Assembly (NCBI GenBank): GCA_030608385.1
Contig: JAUWEG010000002.1
Location: 28,879-52,878, forward strand
Length of the DNA: 24,000 nucleotides
Direction: 5' to 3'
From: Candidatus Heimdallarchaeota archaeon
GTDB lineage: Archaea; Asgardarchaeota; Heimdallarchaeia; Heimdallarchaeales; Heimdallarchaeaceae
In this document: piece by piece, positions 9,874-15,939 of the stretch
Layout of the letters: every line of letters begins with the position of its first letter
How positions within the stretch are numbered: the first letter of the stretch is position 1
Made by a program: the position numbers and the translations under genes
The notes under the pieces: generated by a model
Databases searched by the model: none
Told to the model about the DNA's origin: nothing
The model's input: the letters and a program-made list of their open reading frames with translations, nothing else

Positions 9874-10146
9874 ATGAAAAGACGAAAACTTCCACGCGGT
9901 GGAGAAGACATAATTAAAGTCTTAGATGTAAGCGGCCCTATGACTCAGAAGCAAATCCTTGGGTCAGTAAGCCAACCCGAAAGGACTGTCCGTTACGGTA
10001 TTAGAAGGTTGCTTGAGAAAGGAATCCTTAAGAAAATGTCCAATTTATCAGATATGCGTAGTGTATTTTATTACTTGGATCCTGCAATACGTGACAACTT
10101 TGAGTTTCTCGTAGGAGAAACAGTTCAAGTTAGTCAAACAGCTTAA
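9874..10146 (+). CDS. Small winged helix-turn-helix DNA-binding protein
   Basis: 90 aa. GPMTQKQILGSVSQPERTVRYGIRRLLEKGILKK fits a wHTH recognition helix plus wing. AGGTG lies 7 nt upstream of the ATG. GC is locally higher than in neighbouring genes, judged by eye. Confidence 0.6.
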   Translation: MKRRKLPRGGEDIIKVLDVSGPMTQKQILGSVSQPERTVRYGIRRLLEKGILKKMSNLSDMRSVFYYLDPAIRDNFEFLVGETVQVSQTA

Positions 10147-10188
10147 GTTTATGCTGGAGTTTTAGGCTCCGTAAATATAGGGAGTGTG

Positions 10189-10213
10189 AGAGGGTTTTTC
10201 CCTCTTTTTTTTT
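10189..10213 (+). terminator. Stem-loop followed by a T9 run downstream of the wHTH gene
   Basis: AGAGGG-TTTTT-CCCTCT hairpin runs straight into TTTTTTTTT. Oligo-T tracts act as archaeal termination signals. Confidence 0.45.
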
Positions 10214-10279
10214 CTACTATTTCCCTTTAATCCCATTCAACACAAATTATATTAATCTTGTAAACTTTTCTTAGCTGTA

Positions 10280-10591
10280 ATGACCGCTATTTCCCCTCCC
10301 GATGAGATTGATAATTTGTATAACGTGGCTTTATGGATGCGCTCTACAGTACAAGCTTATCAAGATGGTACAATTAATCGCAAACTCACTTCAGGAATGG
10401 CAAAAAAAGTTCTAAGAAAGATAAAGAGCTATATACCAACACAACAAGAAAAAGAACACAAAGAAGCCATTGAAGATCTCTGTATCTCTCTAAGTACTAT
10501 TGACAGAGCAGAGGGTAGTTTTGAAAAGTTTTATTTAGATAGTCTCATAGAGGATTTGGAAAGAATAGCTAAACTATTAGAAGAGGAGTAA
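10280..10591 (+). CDS. Hypothetical all-helical protein, translationally coupled to the downstream small GTPase
   Basis: 103 aa. Its last codons (GAGGAG TAA) double as the Shine-Dalgarno for the GTPase ATG one nt later. No recognisable motif. Confidence 0.5.
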   Translation: MTAISPPDEIDNLYNVALWMRSTVQAYQDGTINRKLTSGMAKKVLRKIKSYIPTQQEKEHKEAIEDLCISLSTIDRAEGSFEKFYLDSLIEDLERIAKLLEEE

Positions 10592-10592
10592 A

Positions 10593-11129
10593 ATGAGTAA
10601 AATTCAACCAGATTACAACTACAAAATTCTATTATTGGGATCCGCTGCTGTTGGTAAAACAAGCTTAGTACAACGATTTGTTCACGACAGATTTGATGGT
10701 TCCTACCTTATGACTATCGGCATGGAACCGTCTGAAAAACACATAGATTTAGAAGATGGAACAAGAGTTGCTCTTTCTATCTGGGATTTAGCAGGGCAAG
10801 AAAGATTTCGTTTCATCCGACACACATTCTACAAAGGGGCAAGAGCAGCATTACTAGTTTATGATTTAACAAGAGCTGCAACTCTCAAAGATGTTCAAAA
10901 GTGGGAAAAGGAATTTGTAGATAACTGTGGTAAAGATGTAATCAAAGTTCTTGTTGGAAATAAAGAAGATTTAAAAAATCAAATTGCTGTTTCAAAAAAA
11001 GAATATGAGGCAGTTCACACAAAAATAAAAAGCCACTACAGCATCATAACAAGTGCGTTAACTGGTAATCAAGTAGAAGAAGCATTCACTAACATTGCAC
11101 AATTATTAGTCAATCAATCAAAAAAATAA
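10593..11129 (+). CDS. Ras-superfamily small GTPase, Rab-like
   Basis: 178 aa. G1 is LLGSAAVGKTSL, G2 is the Thr in YLMTIG, G3 is WDLAGQERF, G4 is GNKEDL and G5 is TSAL. It is collinear with eukaryotic Rab over the whole length. There is no C-terminal Cys (ends NQSKK). Confidence 0.85.
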   Translation: MSKIQPDYNYKILLLGSAAVGKTSLVQRFVHDRFDGSYLMTIGMEPSEKHIDLEDGTRVALSIWDLAGQERFRFIRHTFYKGARAALLVYDLTRAATLKDVQKWEKEFVDNCGKDVIKVLVGNKEDLKNQIAVSKKEYEAVHTKIKSHYSIITSALTGNQVEEAFTNIAQLLVNQSKK

Positions 11130-11131
11130 GT

Positions 11132-11752
11132 TTAATTTTTTTCTGTTTCTTCTTTGATTTCTTCTTCAGAATCTTCAGCTAATTCTTCATCATCAAAGAA
11201 AAGCATACTATCTAGAACTGTATCAAGCAAGGGTCTTTCTGGCGGAGACATTGATTTTGTTACTGAATCAGCTATTCCTATTTCCAAAGAAGAAAGATCT
11301 GCTTTGGGACCTCTAGGTCTTTGTGTGATTACCCCTGTAGATTGTATTCGCTCAATCATACTTTTCATTGAAGAGATTTCTTCTTTCAGTTCCTTAAAAA
11401 CAGTAATATCTTCAAGTTTATCAAGTAATTTATCCACTTTTTCAATTTCTTTCTGGGTTTTTTGTTCAAATTTCTTACCATTTTCAATGATTCTAGCTAA
11501 TCTACCATCCGTAACAGGAGTATTTATCCCAGAAGCCGTTTTCACTCCTCTGGAGACTGTTGACGCCATCTGCATTCTAAAATCATCCAACGAGCCGAAC
11601 ATCTCCTTATGATGTGCCTTGATAGACTCTAAAACTGCTTTATCATTATTCCCATAGTATGAAACCAAATCCTGCAACATATCGAAGAACTCAAGAGGAA
11701 TGGGGATTTCAATAATTCGAGCAACTTTTTGAGTTCTATGTTCATCATACAT
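11132..11752 (-). CDS. Hypothetical protein: possible ribbon-helix-helix-like N-terminus, coiled-coil middle, acidic C-terminal tail
   Basis: 206 aa. KVARIIEIPIPLEFFDMLQDLVSYYG..AVLESIKAHH has a strand-helix-helix pattern. The tail is LFFDDEELAEDSEEEIKEETEKN. The antisense 152-aa ORF is Ser-rich and low-complexity, so this strand is preferred. Confidence 0.55.
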   Translation of the reverse strand: MYDEHRTQKVARIIEIPIPLEFFDMLQDLVSYYGNNDKAVLESIKAHHKEMFGSLDDFRMQMASTVSRGVKTASGINTPVTDGRLARIIENGKKFEQKTQKEIEKVDKLLDKLEDITVFKELKEEISSMKSMIERIQSTGVITQRPRGPKADLSSLEIGIADSVTKSMSPPERPLLDTVLDSMLFFDDEELAEDSEEEIKEETEKN

Positions 11753-11899
11753 AAGATAACCTCAAGACAAAGCGTTCTTGTCTGTTATGTTTTGTTTTGA
11801 TTATTTAAAGTATTTTTTGGCAAGAGACTTAATTCAAAGTGATAAAAATTAAAATTAATAAAAGAAGAAATTTAAAAACTCAAAAGGTAAGATATCTCA

Positions 11900-12022
11900 A
11901 TGAATACTGGAAAAAAAACTATTTTAGCATGTGTAGCACACCCTGATGATGAAATTGGGTGTATAGGTACTTTAGTTAACAATGTAGGGAAGGGAGATAG
12001 AGTCGATAAAATGGAAAAGTAA
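11900..12022 (+). pseudogene. Truncated 5' fragment (40 codons) of a PIG-L/LmbE deacetylase gene
   Basis: Translates as MNTGKKTILACVAHPDDEIGCIGTLVNNVGKGDRV, then DKMEK and a stop. Residues 5-35 align codon-for-codon with residues 5-35 of the full-length deacetylase counted from its ATG at 14287. Homology ends abruptly at 12004. Confidence 0.65.
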
Positions 12023-12053
12023 TCTACTACCAATTAGAAAAAGGTTATCTTAT

Positions 12054-12437
12054 TCATTCGTCTACAAGGATGAACTCTGTAAGAAGTTTTTGTTGAGATA
12101 AAAGTGTTCCTTCCTTAAGTTTCTTAATATCATTTATTATCCTTGATATTGTTCTTCTATTTCCCTCTGTAGTTTTGTGTTTTAATTGTTCTACTAATTC
12201 ATCACTAGAAATAAAAACAAAGTTCTCCTTAGAGTCAATTTCTATTGGTGTTTCTATATTCAAGCACCAAAAAATAACCTTGCTAGCATATTGAGGATAA
12301 ATGACTGAATCTTTAAATGTTAAAATATAAGGTGACTTCTTAACTTCGATAATCTCAAATGACCCATCGGTTTTTTCTATAAGTATTTCAGGTACTATCC
12401 AGTTTTTTCCTCCAAAATCTGGAGTTTCAATCTTTGG
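12054..12437 (-). other. 127-codon open frame directly in frame with, and separated by one TAA from, the zinc-ribbon repeat gene; PD-(D/E)xK nuclease-like motifs
   Basis: My translation after the TAA (complement of 12438-12440) reads PKIETPDFGGKNWIVPEILIEKTDGSFEIIEVKKSPYILTF...NRRTISRIINDIKKLKEG.... TPDF ... EVK matches the PD...(D/E)xK pattern. The track only called the last 69 aa from an internal TTG. Confidence 0.45.
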
Positions 12438-14057
12438 TTACCAAAACCATTTTTCTTCTTTTAAAAGCTGTTGAGCAATTCGATGGCAGATTCTTTCCCA
12501 GAGATATCCTATTAGCTCTACATCACCTAGATTACAATATGGACAACCTGTTGCTCTACGACTTGTTCTGTTATGCGGAGATGTTTTCCATTCATGATCT
12601 GGGTCCTTATCACATTTCCACCAATATCTTTTAGCAGACCCTGCAACGACTTTATCAGGTGTAATCTTCCCATTCTTTTCTTGGTACCATTCTTTAGCTA
12701 GGTCAGGATAGAGTGAGGCTAAGGAATTAGTGACTGAAACCTTCTGTCCAGCACAAAAAGGACAACCACCTCCTGAACTTCTGATTCGATTAGATAGCGA
12801 TGTTTTCCATTCATGGTCTGGACCCTTATCACACTTCCACCAAAATAGTTTCCCCGAGCCTACAACGACTTTATCTGGTGTAATTTCCCCATTCTTTTCT
12901 TGGTACCATTCTTTAGCTAGGTCAGGATGGAGTGAGGCTAAGGAATTAGTGACTGAAACCTTCTGTCCAGCACAAAAAGGACAACCACCACCTGAACTTC
13001 TGGTTCGATTAGCTAGTGTTGCTTTCCACACATGGTCTGATCCTTTATCGCACTTCCACCAAAAATATTTGCTGGATTTTGCTGTAATTTTATCTGGAGT
13101 AATTTCCCCATTCTTTTCTTGGCGCCATTCTTTAGCTAATTCAGGATAACAAGAAGCTAAGGAATTAGTGACTGAAACCTTTTGCCCAGAACAAAAAGGA
13201 CAACCTCTTTTTTGATTCGTTCTTGTATTTGGAGTTGCTTTCCACACATGGTCTGGTCCTTTATCGCACTTCCACCAATATAATTGTCCCGAGCCTGCAA
13301 CGACCTTATCAGGTGTAGTGTCTCCATTCCTTTCTTGGTGCCATTCTTTAGCTAATTCGGAATAACAAGAAGCTAAAGAATTAGTGACTGATAGCTTAAG
13401 GTTTTGGCAGAAAGGGCATCCTGATTTAGTTTTTCCGGTCCTATGTCCTACTTTTGTTTTCCATATGTGATCTGGGCCCTTATCACAGCTCCACCAATAT
13501 GCTTTACTTGTGTTAAATTTCACCATTTCTGGAGTAATTTTTCCATTTTTCTCTTGAAACCATTCATCAATTAATTCAGGAAACACAGTTGACAGAGAAT
13601 TTGTTATAGAAAGCTTTTTTCCTTCACAAAAAGGACATCCGGTCTTTCTCTTTCCTGTTCTATTTCTTATTTCTGTTTTCCATATGTGATCTGGGCCCTC
13701 ATCACAGCTCCACCATACGCTCTTGTGAGAACCAGTTATAACCATGTTTGGTTTTAATTCTTGATTTTTTGTTGGATGCCATTGTTTTGCTAGTCCTGGA
13801 TGAATTGATGCTAAAGAATTAGTGACAGAAGGTTTAAGACCGCGACAAAAGGGACATCTTGTTCTCTTGTAAGTTCTTGCTTCTACTGTGGTTTCCCATA
13901 CATGATCTGGTCCCCTATCACATTTCCACCAAACTTTCTTTTTTGACCACATAGAGGTGTTTTCTGGTTTAAAATCCCCATTTTTTGTTGGATGCCATTG
14001 CTTTGCTAGTTCAGGAAAATCAATTACAAATTTGGGCTTATCTCTATTTTTTGACAT
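12438..14057 (-). CDS. Tandem-repeat zinc-ribbon (treble-clef-like, C-H-C-C) protein with 7 repeats
   Basis: 539 aa. Each unit reads about PELAKEW.QEKNG.ITPDKV...S....WWKCDKGPDH.WK.....R.....GCPFC.GQKVSVTNSLAS. From memory this resembles the Pfam family called probable zinc-ribbon domain (DUF4379), which needs confirmation. Confidence 0.75.
   Translation of the reverse strand: MSKNRDKPKFVIDFPELAKQWHPTKNGDFKPENTSMWSKKKVWWKCDRGPDHVWETTVEARTYKRTRCPFCRGLKPSVTNSLASIHPGLAKQWHPTKNQELKPNMVITGSHKSVWWSCDEGPDHIWKTEIRNRTGKRKTGCPFCEGKKLSITNSLSTVFPELIDEWFQEKNGKITPEMVKFNTSKAYWWSCDKGPDHIWKTKVGHRTGKTKSGCPFCQNLKLSVTNSLASCYSELAKEWHQERNGDTTPDKVVAGSGQLYWWKCDKGPDHVWKATPNTRTNQKRGCPFCSGQKVSVTNSLASCYPELAKEWRQEKNGEITPDKITAKSSKYFWWKCDKGSDHVWKATLANRTRSSGGGCPFCAGQKVSVTNSLASLHPDLAKEWYQEKNGEITPDKVVVGSGKLFWWKCDKGPDHEWKTSLSNRIRSSGGGCPFCAGQKVSVTNSLASLYPDLAKEWYQEKNGKITPDKVVAGSAKRYWWKCDKDPDHEWKTSPHNRTSRRATGCPYCNLGDVELIGYLWERICHRIAQQLLKEEKWFW
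12531..14018 (-). repeat. Seven in-frame tandem repeats of 216-219 nt (72-73 aa) inside the zinc-ribbon gene
   Basis: Units cover protein residues 14-85, 86-158, 159-231, 232-303, 304-376, 377-449 and 450 to about 509. The 54-nt string ggctaaggaattagtgactgaaaccttctgtccagcacaaaaaggacaaccacc occurs exactly at 12717 and 12936, an offset of 219 nt. Confidence 0.9.
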
Positions 14058-14250
14058 TAAACCAGACCTAGAATTTTATTTTCATGTATACTTATTAGAA
14101 TTTCATTCTTAAAGTCAACTTTCACTTTTGGCTTTAGTTCACTTAAGATTACTCGCTTTCTAATAGGATGTCTATATGTATTGTTATTGTCCTTCTACAG
14201 ATTGAGTAAATTTCAAACTCCTTTCCACAGATTTCTCTTGCTCTTCTTAG

Positions 14251-14994
14251 ATGAAATTTAAAAACACATACTCTTATTTTGTAGCAATGGTAGATGAAAA
14301 AAAAACAATCTTTGCATGTGTAGCACATCCAGATGATGAAATAGGGTGCATAGGAACACTTGTAAACCATGTTAACAGGGGTGATAAAGTGTTTCTGGCT
14401 TGGACAACTAGCGGTGAAATGGCCTCACATTTTAATGGAATGTCTTCTTCTGAAGTGAAAGAAATAAGAGAAAAACAAGGAAAAGATGTTGGGAAGATAA
14501 TTGGTTGTGAAACTCTTTTTCTAGAATATGGTGATACATCTGTGAGAGCTACAAGAGAAAGTGCGCTGAAAATGGCTAAAGTGATAGCTGAGGTCAAACC
14601 AGATGCAGTAGTAACATGGTCAATGAACACAAGACATCCAGATCACAGAGGAACTGCTCAAATACTCTATGATGCAATCACATATGCGCGTATTCCAAAA
14701 ATAACAGAACCGCTAGATCCTTATAGACCTCCACTTCATATTCCAATCTTCATGTATCATGAGGAAATATCACCTTTGCCAACGATCTACATAGATGTAA
14801 CTTCCTCTTTTGAGAAAGTTAAGGAAGTAGCTAAACTTTATGGTGATTTCTACAATTGGCAACAAGTTGATGATTGGTTAGATGTTAATCGACGATCCGA
14901 TGGAATGAAGTGTGGAGTAAAATATGCAGAAAAATTTAATGTTTTATCTAGATTTCTACCTGTTGAGAAACATTTACCTATAAACAAATCTTAG
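14251..14994 (+). CDS. PIG-L/LmbE-family N-acetylglucosaminyl deacetylase
   Basis: Contains ACVAHPDDEIGCIGT (AHPDDE motif) and TRHPDHRGTAQ (HxDH motif). The true start is more likely the ATG at 14287 (MVDEKKTIFACVAHPDDE), because family members begin just before AHPDDE and the truncated copy at 11900 aligns from that ATG. Confidence 0.8.
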   Translation: MKFKNTYSYFVAMVDEKKTIFACVAHPDDEIGCIGTLVNHVNRGDKVFLAWTTSGEMASHFNGMSSSEVKEIREKQGKDVGKIIGCETLFLEYGDTSVRATRESALKMAKVIAEVKPDAVVTWSMNTRHPDHRGTAQILYDAITYARIPKITEPLDPYRPPLHIPIFMYHEEISPLPTIYIDVTSSFEKVKEVAKLYGDFYNWQQVDDWLDVNRRSDGMKCGVKYAEKFNVLSRFLPVEKHLPINKS

Positions 14995-15061
14995 GACTGC
15001 TTTAAGTGATAAAAAAATAAGTTTAATAACTTGATTCCTTGCTTTGTGATGAAGGTAGCCA

Positions 15062-15454
15062 ATGACAACTGATGATGAACTGGAGAAAATTAAGCAAAGA
15101 AAAGCAAAAGAGTTAATGCAAATTGCTGAACAAAGAAAACAACGAATGGAAGAGTTGAAAGAAGCAAAAGAATCTCCAACAAGTATAGAAGAGAAAGATA
15201 AATTGGCATTAATGCAATATTTTTTGGCTCCAGATGCTTATGATTATTGGATTAATCTCTATGAGAATCTATCTAAAAAACCAACTGCAGAAACAATCTT
15301 CAAAAACGTGTTATATATGATTAAGATTGGTTTTCTTGAGGGAAAACAGATATCGAGATTAGGTGTCAAAAAGTTAGAAAGAGAAATAGAAGGGATTCCT
15401 TCCTCTATAACAATAAAAAGAAAGGGAGAGAAGGAAAAGAGGACAACTTATTAA
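15062..15454 (+). CDS. PDCD5/TFAR19-like dsDNA-binding protein
   Basis: 130 aa. A charged N-terminal helix (DELEKIKQRKAKELMQ) is followed by LMQYFLAPDAYDYWINL...KPTAETIFKNVLYMIKIGFLEGKQIS...LEREI...ITIKRK, which is collinear with archaeal PDCD5 homologues. Confidence 0.55.
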   Translation: MTTDDELEKIKQRKAKELMQIAEQRKQRMEELKEAKESPTSIEEKDKLALMQYFLAPDAYDYWINLYENLSKKPTAETIFKNVLYMIKIGFLEGKQISRLGVKKLEREIEGIPSSITIKRKGEKEKRTTY

Positions 15455-15563
15455 TTTTCCAAAACATTGAGCTTCTGCAAATTCAAAAAACGCAGAATAA
15501 TTTGGTAAGCTTTAAGAATGAATATGTTAATAGAAATTTAGAAAGATTTAGGTGTGAACAAAA

Positions 15564-15800
15564 GTGAGAATAACTGTAGTAACAGCAATTGGTGGAGGAA
15601 AAATAGATTTAGATGTTGATCCACATTCAACAGTTGCACAATTAAAGAGAGAAGTTGCTAAAAAGAAGAAAATTCCTGCTAACACAGTCATTATAGTTTT
15701 CCATGGTAAGCAACTCGATGACAGTGAAATACTAAAACAAACAGGAATGATGGATGGCGATAAATGCTATCTTATTGCTAGAACTAAAGGTGGACTTTAG
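15564..15800 (+). CDS. Ubiquitin-like beta-grasp protein ending in Gly-Gly-Leu
   Basis: 78 aa. MRITVVTAIGGGKIDLDVDPHSTVAQLKREVAKKKKIPANTVIIVFHGKQLDD...YLIARTKGGL is collinear with ubiquitin (M.I.V.T..G..I.L.V.P..T....K......IP......F.GKQL.D), with a diglycine one residue before the stop. The start is GTG, with AGGTG 8 nt upstream. Confidence 0.8.
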   Translation: MRITVVTAIGGGKIDLDVDPHSTVAQLKREVAKKKKIPANTVIIVFHGKQLDDSEILKQTGMMDGDKCYLIARTKGGL

Positions 15801-15939
15801 TTTTATCTAAACACTTCTTTTAATTTAGTTTTCTTTCATAAAAAGCTCTTTTTATAGATTTTCTCGTTGTTTTCAGTGTGATAGTAAAAAGAAACTTATA
15901 TCAGTTCTTTCTATGTGAGTCATTCAAGGAGTTCATTAA

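Noticed and set aside
10280-10591. Calling the GTPase-coupled 103-aa protein a roadblock/LC7 (MglB-like) or longin regulator
   Set aside because: The composition suggests an all-helical protein without the alpha-beta-alpha pattern or the length typical of roadblock or longin folds. It is left as hypothetical.
11154-11612. 152-aa plus-strand ORF
   Set aside because: It is Ser-rich and low-complexity (MISSSESSANSSSSKK...) and fully antisense to a 206-aa ORF with normal composition, its own start context and a stop abutting the GTPase gene.
12730-13149. 139-aa plus-strand ORF (and the 66-aa ORF at 12434-12634) inside the repeat region
   Set aside because: These are antisense shadows of the zinc-ribbon gene. 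Their periodic sequence (two repeats of TETFCPAQKGQPPPELL...) merely mirrors the 219-nt coding repeat on the minus strand. That minus-strand frame carries the conserved Cys/His pattern and spans the whole region.
12531-14018. Regularly spaced 219-nt repeats considered as a CRISPR array or non-coding satellite
   Set aside because: The units are contiguous with no unique spacers. Their length is a multiple of three, and they maintain one long open frame with conserved metal-ligand residues. Divergence between units is protein-like.
14251-14286. Twelve extra N-terminal codons (MKFKNTYSYFVA) of the deacetylase as given by the ORF track
   Set aside because: This is probably 5' leader rather than coding sequence. 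The family starts just before AHPDDE, and the truncated paralogous copy aligns beginning at the ATG of 14287. The feature is kept at track coordinates with this caveat.
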